Positions 1 through 12,326 of a stretch of DNA of 16,208 nucleotides are shown in pieces. A program made the position numbers and the translations under genes. A model generated the notes under the pieces. It was not told the DNA's origin and made no database searches. It worked only from the letters and a program-made list of their open reading frames with translations. This DNA is from a virus (lineage: Duplodnaviria; Heunggongvirae; Uroviricota; Caudoviricetes), in the IMG/VR virus record IMGVR_UViG_2778261227_000006; one strand, 5' to 3'. Each line of letters begins with the position of its first letter. Positions within the stretch are counted from its first letter, which is position 1.

Positions 1-104
1 GATGAAGCAACGCGGTTAATGGCCATTGCGGCGGCACCGGGCACCGCCGTTCTGCTGATACGGCTGAGGTTTTCAACGGCCTGCTCAAGACCTTTTATGG
101 CCAT
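1..104 (-). CDS. Z: Head completion / tail attachment protein Z, N-terminal part (gene runs off the window start)
   Basis: ATG at 104..102 on minus strand; translation MAIKGLEQAVENLSRISRTAVPGAAAMAINRVAS matches my recollection of lambda gpZ N-terminus; starts 11 nt after the FII stop as in lambda. Confidence 0.8.
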   Translation of the reverse strand, partial: MAIKGLEQAVENLSRISRTAVPGAAAMAINRVAS

Positions 105-115
105 ACATCCCCCTT

Positions 116-469
116 TCAGCGGCGACGGTTAACGGCAGGCGGTACGCCCCGCCCAAGCCAGAGATGACAGCTTCCGCCATCATCCGGCGAAATCCGGTCT
201 ATCCAGAAGTTTTCCTCACCGATGGTCAGCGTGTCGCCGCGCCGCAGCTGCCGCACATCATCAGTCCGGACAAACAGGGACGGGCTGGAGCCTTCAACGC
301 GCACGCCCTGTCCGGCATAGCTGATATTTTCAGGGTCATCAAAAACACCACGTATCACAGCACCGGACTGCTCACCGGATGTCATGGTGGCTGACGTTCC
401 CATGTACCCGCGTATCGTTTCATCGGCGCGGGCAATGGCAGCATCGAACAGGTTATCGAAATCAGCCAC
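116..469 (-). CDS. FII: Head-tail connector protein FII (117 aa)
   Basis: ORF-track protein MADFDNLFDAAIARADETIRGYMG...HLWLGRGVPPAVNRRR is near-identical to lambda gpFII as recalled; start codon here reads GTG (plus cac at 467-469) preceded by GGGAGG Shine-Dalgarno; follows FI stop by 11 nt. Confidence 0.9.
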   Translation of the reverse strand: MADFDNLFDAAIARADETIRGYMGTSATMTSGEQSGAVIRGVFDDPENISYAGQGVRVEGSSPSLFVRTDDVRQLRRGDTLTIGEENFWIDRISPDDGGSCHLWLGRGVPPAVNRRR

Positions 470-480
470 AGCGCCTCCCG

Positions 481-876
481 TTATTGCATTCTGGCCAGGC
501 CGCGCTCTGTCATTTCAGCTGCCACACCGGCAGAGACACGGAACGCCGTTCCCGGCAGCACAAATGCCACAGCCTCATCCCGCGTGGCGTGAAGTGCATC
601 AGTATGCAGCGTCACCAGTGCCACAACCGTGACCAGATCAGCCGTATCAGTCACGGTATCCGGCTGCGCTGATACAACCTCATTTTCATGTCCGGTCAGC
701 GCATTTTCCGGGCTGACAGATGTGTCCTGACCAGCAGCGTCATCCGTGTCATCAAGCTCCTCTTCCAGCTCTGCCACACGGAGTGCCAGTTCTTCTTTCG
801 TCCCCGTCAGGCTGACATCACGGTTCAGTTGCTCACCCAGCACCTGAAGACGGGCAATCAGTTCATCTTTCGTCAT
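481..876 (-). CDS. FI: DNA packaging protein FI (131 aa from ATG at 876; track ORF extends upstream)
   Basis: Protein from MTKDELIARL... to ...TERGLARMQ matches lambda gpFI; ATG at 876..874 preceded by GGAGGAG SD; ORF-track start at 915 is an upstream extension. Confidence 0.88.
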   Translation of the reverse strand: MTKDELIARLQVLGEQLNRDVSLTGTKEELALRVAELEEELDDTDDAAGQDTSVSPENALTGHENEVVSAQPDTVTDTADLVTVVALVTLHTDALHATRDEAVAFVLPGTAFRVSAGVAAEMTERGLARMQ

Positions 877-917
877 GGACTCCTCCACAGAGAGAAAATG
901 GCCCCGAAGGGCCATGA

Positions 918-1943
918 TTACGCCAGTTGTACGGACACGAACGCATCAGGGTCAGCCAGCAGCATCAGCGGTGCTGACTGAATCATGGTGAACTCACGCG
1001 CCGGATCGCCAGTGGTCACCCAGTTTTTCGGGTAGCGGGCAGAGGCGTTAATACCTTCGCGCTGTGCGTCCGCATCCTGAATGCAGCCATAGGTGCGCAG
1101 ACCGCGTGCCTGAGTGTTCCCCAGCACCATCGTGTTGTCCGGCAGGAAGTTCTTTTTGACGTCGTTTTCCACGTACTGTCCGGAATACACGACGATCGCC
1201 GTATCGCCATACATCCCCTTATAGGACACCGCTTCGCCCAGGTCTTTTACCGCTGTCTCCAGCTCGGAATGAGAGCCGCGACGGGTATCCAGCTTCTCCT
1301 TGACGGCTTTGAAGGAACGGAACAGCGCCCAGCCTTTCGGATCAAACACGATGATATTCACCACACCGCTGGCGTTCAGCGCGTAGGCTTCGATATCGTC
1401 GGTCGGGTCATACGTGGACTTGTCACGCTTGCTCCACTCCGTACCGCCGGACTGCGTGATGTTGTTCGCCACACTGCGGCCCATATCCACTTCAACCGGA
1501 TCGAAGGCTTCACCGGTCATGGTATATTTGCCCTTAAGCACGGCAGAAACGGCCTGCATCTCTTCGACCTGAGCAATGGCCAGCTCTTCGTCTCGCATGT
1601 TCTGCAGGATGATGCGACGGCGGCGGTAAGCCGGGTCCGCCAGATTCTGTGGATCTTCATCCGGCAGGCGACGCAGGGTCATCTGCGGATTCACCTCATG
1701 CTTCGGCTTGACATATCCCGGTGTAAATTCAGAGGTGGAGCCGCCACGGGAGCGGATAACCTCACCGGAAACAATCGGCGAAACGTACAGCGCCATGTTT
1801 ACCAGTCCCGGAATTTGTGAGAGATAGACTTTCTCCGTGGTGAAGGGATAGCTCTCACGGAAAAAGAGACGCAGAAACAGCGGATCAAACTTAAATTTCT
1901 TCTCATTTGCCGCCAGCAGCTGGGCGGTTGTGTACATCGACAT
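918..1943 (-). CDS. E: Major capsid protein E (341 aa)
   Basis: Protein MSMYTTAQLLAANE...DPDAFVSVQLA near-identical to lambda gpE; ATG at 1943..1941; the track start at 1970 is a GTG (plus cac) 9 codons upstream and is rejected. Confidence 0.93.
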   Translation of the reverse strand: MSMYTTAQLLAANEKKFKFDPLFLRLFFRESYPFTTEKVYLSQIPGLVNMALYVSPIVSGEVIRSRGGSTSEFTPGYVKPKHEVNPQMTLRRLPDEDPQNLADPAYRRRRIILQNMRDEELAIAQVEEMQAVSAVLKGKYTMTGEAFDPVEVDMGRSVANNITQSGGTEWSKRDKSTYDPTDDIEAYALNASGVVNIIVFDPKGWALFRSFKAVKEKLDTRRGSHSELETAVKDLGEAVSYKGMYGDTAIVVYSGQYVENDVKKNFLPDNTMVLGNTQARGLRTYGCIQDADAQREGINASARYPKNWVTTGDPAREFTMIQSAPLMLLADPDAFVSVQLA

Positions 1944-1978
1944 AAAAAAATCCCGTAAAAAAAGCCGCACAGGCGGCC
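1944..1978 (-). terminator. Intrinsic-terminator-like hairpin with two U7 runs in the D-E intergenic spacer
   Basis: Minus strand reads GCCGC-CUGU-GCGGC (5-bp GC stem, 4-nt loop; plus 1964-1977) followed directly by UUUUUUU, ACGGGA, UUUUUUU and then the E ATG. Confidence 0.4.
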
Positions 1979-1998
1979 TTTAGTGATGAAGGGTAAGG

Positions 1999-2331
1999 TT
2001 AAACGATGCTGATTGCCGTTCCGGCAAACGCGGTCCGTTTTTTCGTCTCGTCGCTGGCAGCCTCCGGCCAGAGCACATCCTCATAACGGAACGTGCCGGA
2101 CTTGTAGAACGTCAGCGTGGTGCTGGTCTGGTCAGCAGCAACCGCCAGAATGCCAACGGCAGCACCGTCGGTGGTGCCATCCCACACAACCAGCTTACGG
2201 GTGGAGGTGTCCAGCATCAGCGGGGTCATTGCAGGCGCTTTCGCACTCAATCCGCCGGGCGCGGTTGCCGTATGTGCCGGGTCACTGTTGCCCAGCGGCT
2301 GGTAATGGGTAAAGGTTTCTTTGCTCGTCAT
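1999..2331 (-). CDS. D: Head decoration protein D (110 aa)
   Basis: Protein [12 protein letters not shown]...FAGTAISIV matches lambda gpD; two ATGs (2337 and 2331); second chosen to give the 110-aa lambda product, with AAGGGA SD upstream. Confidence 0.92.
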   Translation of the reverse strand: MTSKETFTHYQPLGNSDPAHTATAPGGLSAKAPAMTPLMLDTSTRKLVVWDGTTDGAAVGILAVAADQTSTTLTFYKSGTFRYEDVLWPEAASDETKKRTAFAGTAISIV

Positions 2332-2340
2332 AAACATCCC

Positions 2341-2946
2341 TTACACTGGTGTGTTCAGCAAATCGTTAACGGCATCAGATGCCGGGTTACCTGCAGCCAG
2401 CGGTGCCGGTGCCCCCTGCATCAGACGATCCAGCGCAGTGTCACTGCGCGCCTGTGCACTCTGTGGTGCAGCTGCCAGAATGCGGCGGGCCGTTTCCACG
2501 GTCATACCGGGGGTTTCGGCCAGCACGCGGGCCTGTTCTTCGCGTCCGTGAGCCTCCTCACAGTTGAGGATCCCCATAATGCGGCTGTTTTCTGCCGCAA
2601 CCGCTGCGGTGATCTGCGCGTTCACATCCGGCTGCGCCGCGCTGGCGTTTTCGCCCTCCGTCGCTGGCACCACGTCAGTAACGTCAGCCTGCGAAGCAGT
2701 GGCTGAAACAGTTGTTGATTGAGTCTCTTTGGTCATTCGCCCTCCTGAGAGACGGGATTTACGTGCATCCAGTGCATCACGCATGACGGTGATCGCATCG
2801 GTGCTGTTAACAAGTTCATCAGCCAGTCCGGCATCAATGGCCTCCTGACCGCTGTACACTGCAGCCTCTGTATCCAGCACAGCCTGCACAGACAGGCCGG
2901 TATATGCCGACACCTTCTGCGCAAACATCTGGCGGGTTGCGTCCAT
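2341..2946 (-). CDS. Nu3: Scaffolding protein Nu3 (201 aa), in-frame internal start nested in C
   Basis: ATG at 2946..2944 (plus cat) in the C frame; product MDATRQMFAQKVSAYTGLSVQ... shares the C terminus with C; 201 aa equals the lambda Nu3 length as recalled. Confidence 0.8.
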   Translation of the reverse strand: MDATRQMFAQKVSAYTGLSVQAVLDTEAAVYSGQEAIDAGLADELVNSTDAITVMRDALDARKSRLSGGRMTKETQSTTVSATASQADVTDVVPATEGENASAAQPDVNAQITAAVAAENSRIMGILNCEEAHGREEQARVLAETPGMTVETARRILAAAPQSAQARSDTALDRLMQGAPAPLAAGNPASDAVNDLLNTPV

Positions 2947-3640
2947 CCGGGACTGCAGTGTCTCCCGGACGTCATCCGGAAGATGGCTGTAGGGGTTGCC
3001 ATCCACCTTATGGCTGCCGCTGTAAATCAGCGTGATTTCCACACCCTGTTTCTCCAGCGCAGCACCGTAATTACTGTGAGCCATCATGACGCCGATGGAG
3101 CCTGTCCGGGCGGTCTGCGTGACCAGACGCCGGGAGGCGGCACTGGCAAGCAGCTGACCTGCACTGCAGTTCATGTCGTTGGCCAGCGCCCATACCGGTT
3201 TTATGTCACGCACACGGGCGATGATGTCAGCGCAGTCAAATGCCCCCGCCACCATCCCGCCGGGCGTGTCCATATCGAGCAGAATGCCGTCCACCATCGG
3301 ATCGCTGGCAGCCTGTTGCAGACGGGCGATAATGCCGTTGTAACCGGTCATCCCCGAATGCGGCTGCAGCGCCCGCGTCCGGCTGACCAGCGTGCCGGAA
3401 ACCGGCAGCACGGCGATGCCGTTCATGACCTGATAACTGCGGGCCTGTCGTGGTCCGTCATCATCACCGGATAACGCCAGCGTCGCGGGTGTCTCCGGGG
3501 CAGTCAGGCTGTCACCGGACACCGCATCTGTCAGGCGGCTGATCCCAAGCTGGCCTGCTAGCGCACAAAAGAAAACCCGCGCATAGGCGGGTTCAAGCAT
3601 CAGCGGCTCATTAAAGGCCATGCTGGCAATATGCGGGAGA

Positions 3641-3660
<20 letters not shown>
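2341..3660 (-). CDS. C: Head maturation protease / scaffold C (439 aa, ClpP/SppA-like serine protease family)
   Basis: Protein from (V)TAELRNLPHIASMAFNEPLMLE... matches lambda gpC; start is GTG at 3660..3658 overlapping the B stop; the track ORF (477 aa) begins at an upstream TTG and is rejected. Confidence 0.9.
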
Positions 3661-7341
<3,681 letters not shown>

Positions 7342-7367
<26 letters not shown>

Positions 7368-7887
7368 TCAGCAACCCCGGTATCAGTTCATCCAGCGCGG
7401 CTGCTTTGTTCATGGCTTTGATGATATCCCGTTTCAGGAAATCAACATGTCGGTTTTCCAGTTCCGGAAAACGCCGCTGCACCGACAGGGGGATCCCGTC
7501 GAGAATACTGGCAATTTCACCTGCGATCCGCGACAGCACGAAAGTACAGAATGCGGTTTCCACCACTTCAGCGGAGTCTCTGGCATTTTTCAGCTCCTGT
7601 GCGTCGGCCTGCGCACGCGTAAGTCGATGGCGTTCGTACTCAATAGTCCCTGGCTGGAGATCTGTCTCGCTGGCCTGCCGCAGTTCTTCAACTTCCCGGC
7701 GCAGCTTTTCGTTCTCAATTTCAGCATCCCTTTCGGCATACCATCTTATAACGGCGGCAGAGTCATAAAGCACCTCATTACCCTTGCCACCGCCTCGCAG
7801 AACGGGCATTCCCTGTTCCTGCCAGTTCTGAATGGTACGGATACTCGCACCGAAAATGTCAGCCAGCTGCTTTTTGTTGACTTCCAT
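7342..7887 (-). CDS. Nu1: Terminase small subunit Nu1 (181 aa)
   Basis: Protein MEVNKKQLADIFGASIRTIQNWQEQGMPVLRGGGKGNEVLYDSAAVIRWYAERD... matches lambda gpNu1 (winged-helix N-terminus); ATG at 7887..7885; cosB lies immediately upstream. Confidence 0.95.
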
Positions 7888-8064
7888 TGTTCATTCCACG
7901 GCCAAAAACAGAGAAAGGAAACGACAGAGGCCCAAAAGCTCGTTTTCAGCACCTGTCGTTTCCTTTCTTTTCAGGGGGTATTTTAAATAAAAACATTAAG
8001 TTACGACGAAGAAGAACGGAAATGCCTTAAACCGGAAAATTTTCATAAATAGCGAAAACCCGCG
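7888..8064 (-). other. cosB region (terminase small-subunit binding region between cosN and Nu1)
   Basis: Reverse complement of this stretch matches the left-end sequence of lambda as I recall it (GGGCGGCGACCTCGCGGGTTTTCGCTATTTATGAAAATTTTCCGGTTTAAGGCGTTTCCGTTCTTCTTCGTC...). Confidence 0.85.
7912..8024. repeat. Three copies of the cosB R element (gpNu1 binding sites)
   Basis: AGAAAGGAAACGACAG at 7912-7927 and its exact reverse complement CTGTCGTTTCCTTTCT at 7954-7969 (16-bp perfect inverted repeat, 26-bp spacer); a related copy AGAACGGAAATG at 8013-8024. Confidence 0.75.
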
Positions 8065-8076
8065 AGGTCGCCGCCC
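8065..8076. other. cosN cohesive-end sequence (12-nt overhang of the mature genome)
   Basis: Plus strand aggtcgccgccc is the reverse complement of GGGCGGCGACCT, the lambda 12-nt cohesive end; flanked on the right by cgtaacctgtcggatcgccgg, matching the lambda right end (cosQ side). Confidence 0.85.
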
Positions 8077-8109
8077 CGTAACCTGTCGGATCGCCGGAAA
8101 GGACCCGCA

Positions 8110-8275
8110 AAATGATAATAATTATCATCTGCATGTCACAACGTGCATCTACGCCATCAAACCACGTCAAATAATCAATTATGACGCAGATATCGTATTA
8201 ATTGATCTGCATCAACTTAACGTAAAAACAACTTCAGACAATACAAATCAGCGACACTGAATACGGGACAACCTC
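8110..8275 (+). promoter_or_regulatory. Putative promoter/operator region of the ynfO-ydfO cassette
   Basis: 17-bp perfect palindrome ATGATAATAATTATCAT at 8112-8128; ATCTGCAT motif at 8127-8134 and 8205-8212 with inverted copy GCAGAT at 8186-8191; AT-rich; -35/-10 not confidently placed. Confidence 0.35.
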
Positions 8276-8509
8276 ATGTCAACGAAGAACAGAACCCGCA
8301 GAACAACAACCCGCAACATCCGCTTTCCTAACCAAATGATTGAACAAATTAACATCGCTCTTGAGCAAAAAGGGTCCGGGAATTTCTCAGCCTGGGTCAT
8401 TGAAGCCTGCCGCCGGAGACTGTGCTCAGAAAAAAGAGTTTCTTCTGAAGCAAACAAAGAAAAGAGTGACATTACTGAATTGCTCAGAAAACAGGTCAGA
8501 CCAGATTGA
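8276..8509 (+). CDS. ynfO: Small protein with ribbon-helix-helix-like N-terminus (YnfO/YlcI-like, 77 aa)
   Basis: ATG at 8276, TGA at 8507-8509; MSTKNRTRRTTTRNIRFPNQMIEQINIALEQKGSGNFSAWVIEACRRRL... matches my recollection of K-12 Qin YnfO; RHH-like strand-helix-turn-helix pattern. Confidence 0.7.
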   Translation: MSTKNRTRRTTTRNIRFPNQMIEQINIALEQKGSGNFSAWVIEACRRRLCSEKRVSSEANKEKSDITELLRKQVRPD

Positions 8510-8566
8510 AGCAATTTAGATAATCGTGCAGACTACGCCCCCTCATATCACATGGAAGGTTTATCT

Positions 8567-8977
8567 ATGGATCAGGTAGTCATTTTTAAACAAATATTTG
8601 ATAAAGTTCGAAACGATTTAAACTATCAATGGTTTTATTCTGAGCTAAAACGTCACAATGTCTCACATTACATTTACTATTTAGCCACAGAGAATGTTCA
8701 TATTGTATTAAAAAATGATAATACAGTGTTATTAAAGGGCCTAAAAAACATTGTGTCTGTCAAATTTTCAAAGGATAGGCATCTTATAGAAACGACCTCT
8801 AATAAGCTGAAATCCAGAGAGATCACATTTCAGGAATACAGAAGAAACCTTGCTAAAGCAGGAGTTTTTCGGTGGGTTACAAATATCCACGAACAAAAAA
8901 GATATTACTATACCTTTGATAATTCATTACTATTTACTGAAAGCATCCAGAAAACTACACAGATCTTACCACGCTAA
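8567..8977 (+). CDS. ydfO: DUF1398-type protein (YdfO/YbcV-like, 136 aa from second ATG; alternative ATG at 8552)
   Basis: [40 protein letters not shown]... matches my recollection of YdfO/YbcV; GGAAGG SD 7 nt upstream of ATG 8567; stop TAA at 8975-8977. Confidence 0.75.
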
Positions 8978-9128
8978 ACCATAACGTCCGGCTTCTCTCA
9001 CTCCTGAGCCGGACTGCATTGGTTTAATAAAAACCATCAACAATTGTGATTTAGATATTCGGAACCATTCAAATATAACAAAACCCCGTAAAAACGAGGT
9101 TTATGGATAAATTTTATTATTGAATACA

Positions 9129-9302
9129 TCAGATTAAATTAATCTTGACATCATAGCTTTCAAGACCCGTCATTTTTTCCCGTGCGGTAAACTGAATACT
9201 GGTAACTTCTTTCCCGGTCTTTTTCTTAAGTTCAATAATTTTTTTTGTTATATATTCAGAAATATCTGCTTCTGCTTTTGTTTTTAAGTTTTCAATATTC
9301 AT
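9129..9302 (-). CDS. gnsB: GnsA/GnsB family protein (57 aa; not in ORF track because under 60 aa)
   Basis: Manual translation of minus strand: (M)MNIENLKTKAEADISEYITKKIIELKKKTGKEVTSIQFTAREKMTGLESYDVKINLI, closely resembling GnsA/GnsB as recalled; tandem ATGs at 9305 and 9302. Confidence 0.7.
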   Translation of the reverse strand: MNIENLKTKAEADISEYITKKIIELKKKTGKEVTSIQFTAREKMTGLESYDVKINLI

Positions 9303-9473
9303 CATTTCCTCTTTTAGTCTGTTATGACTTTCCAGTTACACAGTAAGTCGATTATATGGTGCAAACGTGTAAAAGATAAGATGAAACATCGCAATAATCA
9401 ACATACGATAGTCTAAATTTTACACAAACAGACAAAGAAAATTTTCCTGAATTATCAATACAATAGCATCAAA

Positions 9474-9704
9474 TCAACTCAAGAGCCTTATTGCTGCTTC
9501 CAGAATTTCTTCTGAAGTAACATGTCGATCCGCGGCTACATAAATGACTTTATGATCTCCGGTCAGAGATGGAAACCCTGCGGCCATTACAGTAAGGTGT
9601 GTTTTTTCGCCATTTGGATATTCACGCATGATGGTGTTAACTCCAGTCATCGCTGGCACTACCACTGCAGGTTCAGAGTTAAAAAAAACTATGATTTTTT
9701 TCAT
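9474..9704 (-). CDS. ynfN: Hypothetical small protein in the position of ynfN (76 aa from ATG 9704; a 51-aa product would start at ATG 9629)
   Basis: ORF MKKIIVFFNSEPAVVVPAMTGVNTIMREYPNGEKTHLTVMAAGFPSLTGDHKVIYVAADRHVTSEEILEAAIRLLS; non-repetitive; sits between cspI and gnsB as ynfN does in Qin; no clear SD at either start, so the start is uncertain and the symbol is positional. Confidence 0.5.
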   Translation of the reverse strand: MKKIIVFFNSEPAVVVPAMTGVNTIMREYPNGEKTHLTVMAAGFPSLTGDHKVIYVAADRHVTSEEILEAAIRLLS

Positions 9705-9746
9705 GATGTTACCGTAGTATGTGAGTATCCATCGAATAGATACCAA

Positions 9747-9770
9747 GCAAAAAAGCTCCCGAAGGAGCCT
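9747..9770 (-). terminator. Rho-independent terminator (UUCG tetraloop hairpin + U6)
   Basis: Minus strand: GGCUCC-UUCG-GGAGC followed by UUUUUU (plus 9748-9769); lies downstream of cspI and upstream of the ynfN-like ORF. Confidence 0.6.
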
Positions 9771-9975
9771 TCATTTTCACTTTTTTAAATCCAACGACAG
9801 ACGGCTGGCATTTAAGTATTGTGAAATATTATCAAATGTAATCATCATTGATTTACAAAAGATACATTTTGCCCCGAAAGGATTCATGTCAGAAACATCA
9901 AAAGATGATGTTCTATACTGGGAACCATGACAACACGGGCATCTAAAGTGAATATGGTTTGTAATATTGTCTACC

Positions 9976-10188
9976 TCAAAGCGCCACTACATGAACAGCG
10001 GCAGGACCTTTAGGTCCGTTCTCAATATCAAATTCAACTTCCTGATTCTCAGTTAATGTTTTGAAATCGTTGCTCTGAATTGCTGAGAAATGGACAAACA
10101 CATCTTTGCTGCCATCTTTCGGCGTGATGAAACCAAAACCTTTTTCAGGGTTAAACCATTTCACTAAACCAGTCATTTTGTTAGACAT
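9976..10188 (-). CDS. cspI: Cold-shock protein, CspA family (70 aa, CspI-like)
   Basis: [70 protein letters not shown] with the KGFGFI and VFVHF RNP motifs; ATG at 10188..10186; long AT-rich 5' leader upstream. Confidence 0.9.
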   Translation of the reverse strand: MSNKMTGLVKWFNPEKGFGFITPKDGSKDVFVHFSAIQSNDFKTLTENQEVEFDIENGPKGPAAVHVVAL

Positions 10189-10551
10189 AATTATTACCTT
10201 TTGAAGAAATTAGCCCTTGGGCAGAATGGTCCGAAAAAAAATATCAGAGAGAAAAACCAACAAGGAAATCTCAAGAGGTACAAATAATAAAATTATAACA
10301 ATGACTGCTTCAGATAAATTTGTAACAAACCAGAACACCATTAACGCATGATTAACCACCCATAGCAAGGATTACTTTTGTAAAGAAAAACACAGCAATG
10401 AAAGAATAGCTTTATTTATTAATAATAACGTGTCATTCTGATTAAGACCTTTTATCTTACCCTTAAGATTTCAGGAATTTTGGCTCATGGAAGAGTCCTT
10501 TTTATTTAAATTTTACATTCCGCGATGTAAATGTTCCGATTTAATATTACC

Positions 10552-11575
<1,024 letters not shown>

Positions 11576-11579
<4 letters not shown>

Positions 11580-11887
11580 ATATATTTATGATGAGGACGC
11601 TCGTGCTTATTGGCAGGATTTTCAATCTTAAAGGAGTACTGATGCTGCAGATAAGACTCAACTTTTTCTGACAATTTTTCTGCTACTTCCAGGAAGACTT
11701 GCCGGACGCTCCTTCTGGCTGCTGCCTCATAAAACTCCAGCGCAGCTCCTTCAACACGGTCCATGGCGACATCCAGGTCAAAAATTTCACCGTCAAAGCG
11801 TTCTTTGTCCTGTAAGGCTACAGTTACCGTAACTTTATTCTCAAAATTACGGACTCCTTTCACAACCAGTTCATAGTCTTGAGTCAT
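11576..11887 (-). CDS. ydfR: DUF1327-type protein (YdfR-like, 103 aa) inserted between holin and endolysin
   Basis: MTQDYELVVKGVRNFENKVTVTVALQDKERFDGEIFDLDVAMDRVEGAALEFYEAAARRSVRQVF... matches my recollection of K-12 YdfR; ATG at 11887..11885, 5 nt after the holin stop. Confidence 0.75.
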
Positions 11888-11891
11888 TGGA

Positions 11892-12107
11892 TTACTCTCC
11901 TCTCGCAGCCTTACGCCTGTCTTCTTTAATCTTGAAATAAAGATTTGTCAGATACGTCAGCAGGCCAAAAACCAGGCTACCCAGCACACCGATTGCAGCC
12001 CACTGTGACGGAGTTACTTTATCGAGTAACTGCAATGCCCAGAAACCAGCATTACCCGCCGATGTGCCATAGGCAACACCTGTTGTTAACTTATCCATTG
12101 ATTTCAT
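11892..12107 (-). CDS. essQ: Class II holin / pinholin (S21-like, 71 aa) with dual-start motif
   Basis: [71 protein letters not shown]: two TM segments, charged C-terminus, Met1-Lys-Ser-Met4 dual start (ATGs at 12107 and 12098); track ORF start at 12182 rejected. Confidence 0.88.
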   Translation of the reverse strand: MKSMDKLTTGVAYGTSAGNAGFWALQLLDKVTPSQWAAIGVLGSLVFGLLTYLTNLYFKIKEDRRKAARGE

Positions 12108-12326
12108 ATCCTCACCCCGATGTACACGGATGGTGCAATATGTTTGAAAAGATCGGAGTCTACGGGGTAGTTTTGACAGCACACGTTGTTCTCAACGGCG
12201 CTAAAAAAACATACACATTAAAAATGTGGGTAATTATTTTGAAAGAAAGTCATATATAAAATAATAATACGAGAAATGTTTTCATATTTAGTGTACTGTA
12301 TACGGCCATTTATACAGGAAAAGCCT

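Noticed and set aside
1269-1820. 183-aa plus-strand ORF inside E; similar long plus-strand ORFs at 2983-3474, 4808-5248, 5736-6212 and 6540-7307
   Set aside because: All lie antisense within highly conserved lambda head genes (E, C, B, A); GC-rich antisense frames commonly stay open; no SD or recognisable protein features.
918-1970. ORF-track N-terminal extensions (E to 1970, D to 2337, C to 3774, FI to 915, holin to 12182, Q to 14793, DUF968 to 15865)
   Set aside because: The track uses the longest ATG/GTG/TTG ORF; upstream starts lack SD and give N-termini that do not match the known proteins; starts were trimmed to SD-supported codons.
9522-9930. Plus-strand ORFs 9522-9788 (88 aa) and 9721-9930 (69 aa)
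   Set aside because: Antisense to the ynfN-like ORF and to the cspI 3' region, cross the minus-strand terminator, no SD; judged non-coding.
10512-10531. Hairpin TTTACAT-TCCGCG-ATGTAAA downstream of the Rz stop
   Set aside because: Stem is AT-only (7 bp) and not followed by a U-tract on the minus strand; too weak to call a terminator, may be part of the cspI promoter/leader.
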